NCBI GenBank assembly: GCA_016787005.1 | Contig: JAEUTS010000295.1 | Span: 1 to 47,766, forward strand | DNA from: Bacteroidia bacterium | Lineage (GTDB): Bacteria > Bacteroidota > Bacteroidia > JABDFU01 | Reading direction: 5' to 3' | Length of the DNA stretch: 47,766 bases | Part shown: positions 17,558 through 26,900 of the stretch, in pieces | Numbering within the stretch: position 1 is the stretch's first letter | Layout: every line of letters starts with the position of its first letter | Notes under the pieces: model-generated | Told to the model about the DNA's origin: nothing | Seen by the model: only the letters and a program-made list of their open reading frames with translations | The model's database searches: none | Program-made: the position numbers and the translations under genes

Positions 17558-19123
17558 ATGAGCCATTTATTAGAGTTTATAAAGGAAAATAGAAATGTTT
17601 TCATTATCTCGTTGTTTTCTTTAGTTACCGGGATTGCAGTAAATGAATTGAATTTGTTTGCGATAAAAAAAATGAATCCGCATAACAATGAAGTTAATAA
17701 TGCTTCAATTTATTACAACCAAACTGTTTTTTCTATAGATAACGAATACTATATCACTCCAGCTGAAAACTTTTTAAAAGGAAAGGGGTTGCGAAGGGAC
17801 CCCCCTATAGGTAATGGCAGTTATTTTAGGCGCACCCCAGGATATTCTCTTTTTTATTTAAGTTTCCGTTGTTTTGCCGATATTCCGTTGGCATTACAAT
17901 TTTTAAAATTTATCCAATTATCACTTTTTACTATTTCAATTTACTGTATTTATTTTATCACTTATTGTTTCAATAGAAACAAAATTGTAGCATTAGTTGT
18001 TGCCATGTTATACGGTTTTTCGCCATTTTTCAGCAGTTATTGCTATTATACTATTACAGAAGGACTTTCACCCTTCTTAATGATTTTCTATCTTTTTTTT
18101 CTTATAAAAGGGTATTTCGAAATCGTTCAAAAGAAAAGGCTCTTTTTTTATTGTATAGCATCATTTTTTATTGGTGTTGGAATAATGACAAGACCTATTG
18201 TTGGTATTGCTGCGATATTGTTGCCCGTATTTCTGATTAAGGAATTTTATGTTGACAAAAATAAATTCAAATTAGTAAAAGAGGTTGTCCTAATTGGATT
18301 AATTCCTCTTTTGATGATATCTGCCTGGACATTTAGGAATTATAGATTAACAGGAGAGATTGTTCCTTTGGAAAGAGTGTATGACCCGGAGACATTAGAC
18401 CGTACGAAGCCAGAATATGAAGGAATGCTGTCGTTTGTAAAATGTTGGGGTGGTGGAGGTGAGATTAACTTGTATCATCAACCCATGTATTATGCCGCCA
18501 TCAAGGGTGATACAAGTAACATTTATGTTAATAATATGATGAAAATATTTCCAGAGTATATTGTAAGTGAAGTAGGATATGCCAGGTTATTCAATATTGT
18601 TAAAAAGCAACAGTATGCATTTTCTTTACAGAAAGAATACTATGATAAATCAATTCCAATGCCTAGTGAATATTTGCCTGTTCAAATTGAAGTTAAAACA
18701 GAATATGAAAAGATTGTTGCAGAATATAAGAAAAATCACTTCTTTCGCTATTGGTTCGTATCACCATTTGCCTATTTTAAAGCAATGGTACTACATTCAA
18801 ATACATCCAATTTGTTTATATTACAGGAGCAATTCAGGGACAGGGTAATATTGAATTTTTACAGGTACTTGTTGCTCGTATTTCATCTTATTATCTACCT
18901 GACATTGTTTTTGAACATATTTATAATAAAGGACCATTTCGAAAAGGCAATATTCGTAATGCTTCCATTACTTTTTATTCTGTTTTTTTGTGTCTTTCAC
19001 AGAGAAGTGGAGCAAAGATATATGCTTCCTGTTTTGCCTTTTATGATATCCGGACTCCAATATCCATTACAGTTTTTGTGTAATTTACCTCGCTTCAGAC
19101 TTTCTTCCATGAAAGCAAAATAG
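17558..19123 (+). CDS. Polytopic GT-C-type membrane glycosyltransferase (ArnT/PMT_2, GT39/GT83-like)
   Basis: 521 aa with about 11-13 hydrophobic segments. Acidic motif (SIDNEYYITPAENF) in the first predicted external loop. Genomic association with a GT2 polyprenyl-P sugar synthase. Confidence 0.6.
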   Translation: MSHLLEFIKENRNVFIISLFSLVTGIAVNELNLFAIKKMNPHNNEVNNASIYYNQTVFSIDNEYYITPAENFLKGKGLRRDPPIGNGSYFRRTPGYSLFYLSFRCFADIPLALQFLKFIQLSLFTISIYCIYFITYCFNRNKIVALVVAMLYGFSPFFSSYCYYTITEGLSPFLMIFYLFFLIKGYFEIVQKKRLFFYCIASFFIGVGIMTRPIVGIAAILLPVFLIKEFYVDKNKFKLVKEVVLIGLIPLLMISAWTFRNYRLTGEIVPLERVYDPETLDRTKPEYEGMLSFVKCWGGGGEINLYHQPMYYAAIKGDTSNIYVNNMMKIFPEYIVSEVGYARLFNIVKKQQYAFSLQKEYYDKSIPMPSEYLPVQIEVKTEYEKIVAEYKKNHFFRYWFVSPFAYFKAMVLHSNTSNLFILQEQFRDRVILNFYRYLLLVFHLIIYLTLFLNIFIIKDHFEKAIFVMLPLLFILFFCVFHREVEQRYMLPVLPFMISGLQYPLQFLCNLPRFRLSSMKAK

Positions 19124-19841
19124 ATACGCCAAAGGGCAGGGGAATATTTAAATTTAAAAAATATCTTTCACTGGCCATAAGGTGGAATAATATTGAATCA
19201 AGAAACGATTTTTTAAATACCGTAACATCTGAACCGGAACCACCTCTTAATAATCTTGAAGGGATAAATCTGTTGATTTTACGAAAGAGATAAATGGGCA
19301 AGAAAAGGAAAAAATTAAAGTAGCTTGCGAAAATAATGTGGCCATCTTTTTTAAATAAGTTCATAAACTGATTTTTAACATATCTTCGACGATGCATATT
19401 AACTTCATCATGATTACTCCAAAGTGACATAAATGCCGGTACCGTTACGCATATTATCCCATTTTGTTTGCAGACCCTTTTCATTTCATTTACCCCTTTC
19501 GTATCATCTTCAACATGTTCAATAACATCGAATGCGCATACCAGATCAAATTCTTCATTATCGAATTTCAAATCGGTTATAGAGCAATTCACAACAGGAA
19601 TACCTAAATTATTCAATAAAAAGTCGCAACATTCTTTATCATATTCAACGGACGTCACCTTTCCAAATTGTTGAAGCATTATGGTGCTTGCTCCAGTGGC
19701 AGCACCAATATTCAGAATATTCAGATTTTTTTTCTCTTTTAATAATGTAGAAAGATGTGATAGGATTATTTTCTTTCTTGCCAAAAACCACCAGTGTTCT
19801 CTTTCGAACGTACTATATTCATTGTAATAATCTCTTGTCAT
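19095..19841 (-). CDS. Class-I SAM-dependent methyltransferase with hydrophobic C-terminal segment
   Basis: ILNIGAATGAST (motif I), FDLVCAFDVIEHVEDD, and a C-terminal IIFASYFNFFLFLPIYLF helix. Confidence 0.75.
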   Translation of the reverse strand: MTRDYYNEYSTFEREHWWFLARKKIILSHLSTLLKEKKNLNILNIGAATGASTIMLQQFGKVTSVEYDKECCDFLLNNLGIPVVNCSITDLKFDNEEFDLVCAFDVIEHVEDDTKGVNEMKRVCKQNGIICVTVPAFMSLWSNHDEVNMHRRRYVKNQFMNLFKKDGHIIFASYFNFFLFLPIYLFRKINRFIPSRLLRGGSGSDVTVFKKSFLDSILFHLMASERYFLNLNIPLPFGVSILLSWKKV

Positions 19842-19846
19842 GTATG

Positions 19847-20728
19847 TTAAGTAAAGCGTTTATTTTTATGCTCTTTTTTAAAATAATCTTCAATTTGAAT
19901 ACCCGAACAACTAAGTCCGGTTTCTTTTAATGAATATAATCTGGGTATCTGATCAGGGACGATTTTGGCGTTTATTTGGGAAAATTCAAGGAGCCATTTT
20001 ATAATAAACATTAAAAATTTAGGAATTGGTATGATAAATATATATTTATTAAGTAAAGTGCTTATTTTTTTTATAAGTTCATAATTGGAAAATCCTTGCA
20101 ACCCGTTAATTGTGATCACCTTTTTTTCATAAGAATGATCAAATATCAATTCGTAGATTGCCTGAGCTGCATCAATATAGAAAATCGGGAATAATTTACT
20201 TTTTACATTTATTGGACATAGTATAATCTTTTTTTGTTCAACATCATGAATTAGTTTATCAATACCCTCATTTTTATTACTTCCATAAATTTCGGATGGC
20301 CTTATTATGAGCCAATGGTCAAAATTATTCTTCAGATAGTCTTCGGCTTGTAATTTAGATAGTCCATAGTCCCCACTTTTATTCCCGGCTACCCTTGAGC
20401 TTATAAAAATAAATGTGTGTACGTTATTCCCCTTTGCGGCATCAACAAGGTTTATCGTGCCTTGCAGGTTAACTTTAAAATAATCTGCTGTATTTCGTGT
20501 GTGTGTGATTGCTGCCGCATGAATAATACTATCTATCTTTTTATCTTGTATAATATTATGAATAAATACCTGGTCATTTATGTCACCAATCAATACTTCA
20601 ATATTTAAACCATCTATCTTTGATATATTACGTGATATTCCGAAAACTCTGAATTTACTCCTGTCAATTTTTTTAATTAACTCCTGCATTAATGCAGATG
20701 ATGCACCGGTAATTAAAACATTTTGCAC
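19847..20728 (-). CDS. NAD-dependent epimerase/dehydratase-family SDR
   Basis: NVLITGASSALMQELI, IIHAAA and YGLSKLQAE (YxxxK). Confidence 0.75.
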   Translation of the reverse strand: MQNVLITGASSALMQELIKKIDRSKFRVFGISRNISKIDGLNIEVLIGDINDQVFIHNIIQDKKIDSIIHAAAITHTRNTADYFKVNLQGTINLVDAAKGNNVHTFIFISSRVAGNKSGDYGLSKLQAEDYLKNNFDHWLIIRPSEIYGSNKNEGIDKLIHDVEQKKIILCPINVKSKLFPIFYIDAAQAIYELIFDHSYEKKVITINGLQGFSNYELIKKISTLLNKYIFIIPIPKFLMFIIKWLLEFSQINAKIVPDQIPRLYSLKETGLSCSGIQIEDYFKKEHKNKRFT

Positions 20729-20733
20729 TGTGT

Positions 20734-21450
20734 TTATTTTTTAATGTAAAATTCTTTAATTCTAAAGACAATTAAGTTTTTTGTAAACTCAAATACAGCA
20801 CCTATTTTCACAAATGAACTTCTCTTAATGTCGTAAAATTGTATTGGGAATTCAGCAATTTTCATTTTATATCTCCGTACGTTTATCATTATTTCTGCGT
20901 CAATGAACCAATCAGTTGAATATAGTTGCATCTTATTCAGCGCTACTCTGCGTATTATTTTGGGCTTTGAATTAATGTCCTTGCTTGCCAATGAGGGGAA
21001 TAATAGCTGAAACAGAAAGTTGTATGTTTTTGATATTAAAACACGATATGGTCCGTCAAATCTTTTTTTACGGTACGTCTTAACTAAATCAAGATTTTGA
21101 GACTTAATAGTGATAAAACACTTTTCGACACTTTCAATAGGAAATTGACCATCTCCATCAATTACACAAATATATTCACCTACAGCAGCTTTGAGGCCTT
21201 CAAGCATGTCCCATCCCATCATTCCCTTTTTGGGTTTTGTTATTGCTTTAAGACGGGAGTCATGTTTGGCCAACTCTTCAACAATTTCTTTTGTGCGATC
21301 TGTAGTGCCGGGAAAGTAATTACCCACTAACACAATTTCAAAATTATCCGTTAGTTTTTCAAGTAGTAGTTTCAATTTTTCTACGAAAGGGATAATTTCT
21401 TCCTCGGCTCGATAGCATAACACTACGACAGATAATTCAATATTGCTCAT
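20734..21450 (-). CDS. GT2-family glycosyltransferase, polyprenyl-phosphate sugar synthase type
   Basis: ELSVVVLCYRAEEEI...VIDGDGQFP. I chose the ATG at 21450 (M9) over the TTG at 21474. It sits 1 nt after the upstream stop. Confidence 0.8.
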   Translation of the reverse strand: MSNIELSVVVLCYRAEEEIIPFVEKLKLLLEKLTDNFEIVLVGNYFPGTTDRTKEIVEELAKHDSRLKAITKPKKGMMGWDMLEGLKAAVGEYICVIDGDGQFPIESVEKCFITIKSQNLDLVKTYRKKRFDGPYRVLISKTYNFLFQLLFPSLASKDINSKPKIIRRVALNKMQLYSTDWFIDAEIMINVRRYKMKIAEFPIQFYDIKRSSFVKIGAVFEFTKNLIVFRIKEFYIKK

Positions 21451-21451
21451 A

Positions 21452-23440
21452 TTATTTTTTATGGAGGAGAGCAAAGCGTTCTCCGGTTCTTGAATCTTCT
21501 ATCATCGTATCGATTCGATTGGCTAAAATGGGTGGTAGTTTGGCTTGCTTACTTAATACAATAAAATTTATTTTGAATCGGTCAATAAAATTCAACTGGC
21601 TTTCTGTCATACTGATAAAGGTGTTCCCCTTTTTTTGTTTGTCAACAAATATATAAAAAACGGAGGTCTTAATAAAACTACTTTCAAGTGCTGTATCCAA
21701 TGGGTTTTTTGACAGAGGAATTTCATGTGGATTAAGACAAACTACACCTTTGTATCCTTTCATGAGTGTAAGATAATCTCCAGTTTGATCCTCTGCGGTG
21801 TATTTACTCCAAACAGTTGTATATTCTTCAGGTGCTTTTAAAAAGCATCCAATAGGATTGCTTTGCTTTGAGTTATTTAATGAGATGATATTGGATATAT
21901 ATTTTTCGTCATGAGGGCTGTTATATTCTTTAGGAAAATAGCCATATATGTTATATGCTATTAATCCCGCAAATGAAATTAATGTCAGCTGGTTTTTTTT
22001 AATAAAGTTTATTTCCTTGATAAATAATGAAATAAAAAAAACATTGGTAATAGTTGAAGATACCATAAAAAAGAGCTGAGGGTGATTGGGGTTATATTCG
22101 AAAAGGAATGATACGATAAATCCGACTATTATTATTAATAATAGTCTTAAGTGTGTATTGTTTAGAATAGAAAATAAAGACTTCTTTGTCTTAGATAATA
22201 CAACAAGTGCTAATAATAGCCAGGGAAGGTAAACAACAATAAATTTAATAGGTTGTAGAAATAACTCAATTCCTATTATTCTGAGCAGTTGTGCAATTTG
22301 CCAATCTTTATCTTTAAAAAGATTTAGAATTAAATCTTTTTCACTTGTTGAGTATACGCTTAAGTAAGTATTCCCCATGATTTTATAGAAAAGAAACAAA
22401 AACAAAAAAACAACTAAGCAGTATATTGAATTTGTAATTATAAAGCGTAAGGGAACACTTTTTTTTATAAAAACAATAAGTAGATAAAGTAAAATTCCTC
22501 CGATTATCGCAAACATCGAAGTAATTGCGAGAATAGGCAATGTTAATAATACTAAATTAGAAATGGTAGTATATTTCGATGGTTTTATAAGGATGAAAGA
22601 AATAATGACCAGATAATATGACGCAAACTTGGGGGTAAGTTCGGACATTATTCCATAGGCATATCCGTTTGCATATTCTAGATATGGAATGCCCTCTAAG
22701 GGTAATTTAATTCCATTCAAAAACAATAATCCGATCGCTATAAATTTCGCAGACAAGGTTATAGTACCGTGCGTTTGAAATAATGCAATGAGTCCGATAT
22801 AAATTATAAAATAAAAGCAGGGCGATAATATTATTGATATGCAAATAAAATTGGGTAAATGAAAAATGCTCGAGAAAAAGCCATTTAACCATAATTCAAA
22901 ATAATGATAAGGTGAATTGCCATGTACTTCTTGAAAAAAGTAATTTGTTAATCCTCCGGAATTTTCATAACCCGTTGAATAAATAGCCTCAGAAATGATA
23001 CCATAAAAATAATTATCAAGACACCTTATTTTTGCCAATAGGATACTTGAATCATAATAGTATATGGCAGAAATCGTGTATGTTATAGCGCTTGCAAGAA
23101 AAAATTCGATAATAGTTTTTCGTGCAAATAACAATTGAAAATCCTTTATAAAGGTTGAATATTTCCCTGTATTGTCTATTTTATTGGCCTTTTTTATTTC
23201 ATAAAATAAAAGTGATCCAATTACTATCAACCCTGTATTCAGTGTTTTGAAACCACATTTATAAAAGGAAATGCTGCAAGAAAGAATAATTGCTCCGGTA
23301 AAAAAACTAAAGAATACTTTCCGATAGTTGCCAGATATTTGTTTCCCAATTCCCAAAAAAAGAAGGAAGAAATATCCGATATTGAAAATAGCCATCAGAA
23401 TGGCAATATATATAATATACATTTCTATATACTGCTTCAT
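21452..23440 (-). CDS. Large polytopic membrane protein with C-terminal soluble domain (possible GT-C-like transferase or polymerase)
   Basis: 662 aa with about 14 or more hydrophobic segments over aa 1-490, then a roughly 170-aa hydrophilic tail. I saw no motif I can assign to a family. First gene of the GT2/SDR/MT operon. Confidence 0.55.
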   Translation of the reverse strand: MKQYIEMYIIYIAILMAIFNIGYFFLLFLGIGKQISGNYRKVFFSFFTGAIILSCSISFYKCGFKTLNTGLIVIGSLLFYEIKKANKIDNTGKYSTFIKDFQLLFARKTIIEFFLASAITYTISAIYYYDSSILLAKIRCLDNYFYGIISEAIYSTGYENSGGLTNYFFQEVHGNSPYHYFELWLNGFFSSIFHLPNFICISIILSPCFYFIIYIGLIALFQTHGTITLSAKFIAIGLLFLNGIKLPLEGIPYLEYANGYAYGIMSELTPKFASYYLVIISFILIKPSKYTTISNLVLLTLPILAITSMFAIIGGILLYLLIVFIKKSVPLRFIITNSIYCLVVFLFLFLFYKIMGNTYLSVYSTSEKDLILNLFKDKDWQIAQLLRIIGIELFLQPIKFIVVYLPWLLLALVVLSKTKKSLFSILNNTHLRLLLIIIVGFIVSFLFEYNPNHPQLFFMVSSTITNVFFISLFIKEINFIKKNQLTLISFAGLIAYNIYGYFPKEYNSPHDEKYISNIISLNNSKQSNPIGCFLKAPEEYTTVWSKYTAEDQTGDYLTLMKGYKGVVCLNPHEIPLSKNPLDTALESSFIKTSVFYIFVDKQKKGNTFISMTESQLNFIDRFKINFIVLSKQAKLPPILANRIDTMIEDSRTGERFALLHKK

Positions 23441-23615
23441 TGTGGGAGGTTATGGTTTGGTAATATTAATAATCTTATCAGATACATATTGTTTTGTAAT
23501 TAATTATCGCAATGGAATATATAATTAAATCCGATACAAGGGTACTCTCCTTTTTGGTGAAAATTTCAATATAGATGCTTAAATTAGTTGTGTCTATTAG
23601 CATTGAGAAATGTAT

Positions 23616-23623
23616 TACCTTTG
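23616..23623 (+). promoter_or_regulatory. Candidate -7 box TAccTTTG
   Basis: 44 nt upstream of the ATG at 23667. It lies downstream of the track ATG at 23610, which argues against that longer start. Confidence 0.4.
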
Positions 23624-23666
23624 TAAAGGTCGTGTTTTTTTTCAAAAATCCTGTTTTGTCGACTTT

Positions 23667-26600
23667 ATGAAAAAAATTGCTCTCTCCATATTTTTTTTCT
23701 TCCACTTTTTTGCCGGATTTGGACAGTCTGATACCATTCCGACTCATTATCCCGGTATCCAATTATGGTTTCGGGGAGATAGTGTCATTTTAAATGGGAG
23801 TAATGTATCAGTTTGGAAGAATAAAAAGGGAAATACGTCTAGGGATGGAATTCAGGGCACATCTGCAAATCAGCCTACTTATATTACCGGAGAAAAATTG
23901 TTAAACAATAAGTCGGTATTAAGTTTTGATGGAGTTAATGATTATTTAGCATGCGGAACTGATTTAAGTATAGACAGTATGCGTACGGTATTCGTAGTAT
24001 TTAAAGAACCTGCCTTTAACTTTTATTCGATGGTATTGTCAAAAGGCTATGCCACTGATGGAGCCTATGTGTTAGGAAATAATGGGAGTACGCAGAAGGT
24101 CAATATGTGGGTAGATAATGAAAGTAATGTCTTCGGTTCCAGTCCCGATATAGGAACCAATTGGAATATATTCACTCACACTATTGCAGCTGGCTCTAAT
24201 GGAGTAAAATTATATAAAAATTCAGTACTTTTTGGACAATACAGCCCCACTGCAGATTTAAAAGGTTCGAATACAAATGAATTACGTGTAGGAAACGATC
24301 CGTCAAATAATTACTATTTTTCAGGATATGTTGCTGAAGTTCTAATATATAACGTAACCTTAAATGATAGTGCTCGTGGTCAAGTAGAGCTTTATCTGAG
24401 ATCTCGTTACGCCCCGCCGGTAAACATAGGACCTGATATAAATATAACCAATACTTTCTGTGATACTGTTTTGAAAGCAGGAGATCGCTTTTTGAAATAT
24501 CTTTGGTCAACTGGAGATACAACTGCAACAATTAATGTCAACAAATCAGGACAATATAGCGTAAAAACTACTGATGTATTTGGTTTTGATTCGTATGATA
24601 CTGTGAATGTTTCGTATCCTTTAATAAATCAACTCAGTGATACCACACTGTGTTTTGGAAAAACTTTAATTTGGAATACCCTTTTACCTAAGAATAGTTA
24701 CAGTTTTCAGTGGCAAGATAATTCAACCGATTCTTTATTGACAATCAATCAGGCCGGGGAATATTACGTAAAAATAACTGATGGAGTTTCCTGTTCAGTT
24801 ATTTCAGATACCGTAAGAGTGACTGTTGATGATTTTAAATCAGCGATTAGCTTAGGCAATGACACGACATTTTGCTCCGGAAATACAATAGGTTTAAAAA
24901 AGGGATCATCTCAAGTTCAAAGTTACTTATGGACAGGCGGCTCTGTCGCGAATTTTCTCACAATTGCAAGTTCTGGTCAATATATGGTTACTGTCACTAA
25001 TAATAACGGATGTACAGTAAAGGATACAATTAACGTCACCATTTCCGGTATAGCCCCCAAAGCCGGCTTCAGTTACATTTCACCCGGTTGTAAAGGAGAT
25101 TCGATCAGTTTCACCGATCTTTCAATACCTCCAGGCGGCAACACGATTACCGGCAGGTTGTGGAGTTTTGGAGATGCTCAGAATTCCTCGTTGGCAAATC
25201 CAAAGCATTTATATTTAAGCCCTAATGATACGGGAGTATTTAACGTTAAACTATCTGTTACAACAAACGTTGGCTGCTCCAAAGACACAACTATACAGCT
25301 GCATGTATATCCGAAACCATTTGTGTTTTTTTCAAATTCATTGGCATGTAGTGGTGATAACGTTGGTTTTACCAACCTTTCGGATCTGAGAGGATACGCC
25401 GCGCAAAGCTATTCGTGGAATTTTGGTGATCCGGCAAGCGGAGCAAATAATACAAGCTCTGTTGCAAGTCCGGGTCATAAATTTATTGCCCCCGGTGTAA
25501 ATAATGTAAAGTTTGTTATTACAAACAACAAGGGGTGTGCAGACTCTTTGGTTAAGTCAGTTACTATTCAACCGGCACCTACGGCTCAATTTTCAACCTC
25601 ACTTACCTGTGAAAAGCAAAAGATATTTTTTACCGATAACTCTTCTATAATATCACCTTCTGTAATTCAAACCTGGAAAACCGATTTTGGAGATGCAAGC
25701 AGTTCAACAATAAAAAATCCTAATCATACCTATAATATAGCATGGACCTATATCGTAAAGTATATTGTAGGAGCTAATAATGGCTGTTCTGATACAGTTA
25801 TTAAACCCATAACAATTTACAATACACCTTTGGCTAAGATTGGATTAATGGGTCCGTTTTGTGTGAAGGATAGCATTGGCTTTTTTGATAGTTCGATAGT
25901 GAATAGTTCATCTTTAAATGGTTGGTCATGGACGATCGATGGCACCCAGAATTTCACCGTACAAGATCCCAAGAGCCCTATTACTAATACTGGCAGCCAT
26001 AGTGCTAAACTCGTTGTGACTTCTTTAGAGGGTTGTAAAGATTCAACAACAAGATCATTTACAATCAACGCTCTGCCAACTGTAGGGTTTTCATTCTCTC
26101 CCACCTATGGTGATCCTCCATTGGTTGTGAGCTTTACCAACCTGTCTGCTGCCGGCACTTCGGCATGGGATTTTGGTGATACTTTTCAAAGTACGCTTAG
26201 TTCCCCAACTCATACCTACCAGGATTCGGGAACATACGTAATAAGTTTATTACTTACTGATAATAATGGTTGTGTAAATTCTTCATCTCAGACGTTTCAG
26301 CTGCAATATGCGAAATATGACATAGCATTATTGGAAGTACAAGCGGATATTGATGCGGATAATTTTTTAAATATAAAGGTAAATTTTGGTAATGCATCCA
26401 CCCGGCCATTAACTGCCGCTGATTTTATTGTTGATATCGACGGTGATAACGGTTTTAAAGAATCATGGGCAGGTAATTTAGGTATTGGAGGTATTTCTTC
26501 ATATACGTTTAAAACGTCTCCACGGTTAAATACAACAAGCGCGCACAATTATATTTGTGTTACTGCCAAAAAACCAAATGGCTTTCAGGATGCTAACCCT

Positions 26601-26900
26601 ACGGATAATGAAATATGTATTGGATTAAAGAGCAATGAATTTATCTTACCTGAGCCCAGTCCAAATCCTGCATCAGACTATATAACGATACCGCTTATTA
26701 TTCCTTCAGATGCGGAAGTTGAATTGATCATTTATGATAAACTGGGACAAGCGGTAAGCGATCGGTTAAAGTATTCCGCCATTAAGGGCTTCAACACTAT
26801 AAAGTATTATACTTATAATTTAGGTGATGGAGTTTATTCTTATGAGATCACCTATAAAAGTGCTAAGGCGGTTAAGAAGTTTGTAAAGTTCCGCAATTGA
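23667..26900 (+). CDS. T9SS-secreted multidomain surface protein: signal peptide, LamG/ConA-like domain, Ig-like repeats, multiple PKD domains, type-A C-terminal sorting domain
   Basis: Signal peptide MKKIALSIFFFFHFFAGFGQ. LamG-like block (LSFDGVNDYLACG...YFSGYVAEVLIYN). At least 6 PKD-like units (W.FGD......P.H.Y...G...V.L......GC.D). C-terminal PNPASDYITIPL...IYDKLGQAV...LGDGVYSYEI is a T9SS CTD. Confidence 0.85.
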   Translation: MKKIALSIFFFFHFFAGFGQSDTIPTHYPGIQLWFRGDSVILNGSNVSVWKNKKGNTSRDGIQGTSANQPTYITGEKLLNNKSVLSFDGVNDYLACGTDLSIDSMRTVFVVFKEPAFNFYSMVLSKGYATDGAYVLGNNGSTQKVNMWVDNESNVFGSSPDIGTNWNIFTHTIAAGSNGVKLYKNSVLFGQYSPTADLKGSNTNELRVGNDPSNNYYFSGYVAEVLIYNVTLNDSARGQVELYLRSRYAPPVNIGPDINITNTFCDTVLKAGDRFLKYLWSTGDTTATINVNKSGQYSVKTTDVFGFDSYDTVNVSYPLINQLSDTTLCFGKTLIWNTLLPKNSYSFQWQDNSTDSLLTINQAGEYYVKITDGVSCSVISDTVRVTVDDFKSAISLGNDTTFCSGNTIGLKKGSSQVQSYLWTGGSVANFLTIASSGQYMVTVTNNNGCTVKDTINVTISGIAPKAGFSYISPGCKGDSISFTDLSIPPGGNTITGRLWSFGDAQNSSLANPKHLYLSPNDTGVFNVKLSVTTNVGCSKDTTIQLHVYPKPFVFFSNSLACSGDNVGFTNLSDLRGYAAQSYSWNFGDPASGANNTSSVASPGHKFIAPGVNNVKFVITNNKGCADSLVKSVTIQPAPTAQFSTSLTCEKQKIFFTDNSSIISPSVIQTWKTDFGDASSSTIKNPNHTYNIAWTYIVKYIVGANNGCSDTVIKPITIYNTPLAKIGLMGPFCVKDSIGFFDSSIVNSSSLNGWSWTIDGTQNFTVQDPKSPITNTGSHSAKLVVTSLEGCKDSTTRSFTINALPTVGFSFSPTYGDPPLVVSFTNLSAAGTSAWDFGDTFQSTLSSPTHTYQDSGTYVISLLLTDNNGCVNSSSQTFQLQYAKYDIALLEVQADIDADNFLNIKVNFGNASTRPLTAADFIVDIDGDNGFKESWAGNLGIGGISSYTFKTSPRLNTTSAHNYICVTAKKPNGFQDANPTDNEICIGLKSNEFILPEPSPNPASDYITIPLIIPSDAEVELIIYDKLGQAVSDRLKYSAIKGFNTIKYYTYNLGDGVYSYEITYKSAKAVKKFVKFRN

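Noticed and set aside
23478-23762. 94-aa minus-strand ORF, and the longer 23610 start of the LamG/PKD gene
   Set aside because: Both occupy the divergent promoter region. The candidate -7 box at 23616-23623 lies downstream of the 23610 ATG. The ATG at 23667 gives a canonical signal peptide (MKKIALSIFFFF...), so the extension and the antisense ORF are unlikely.
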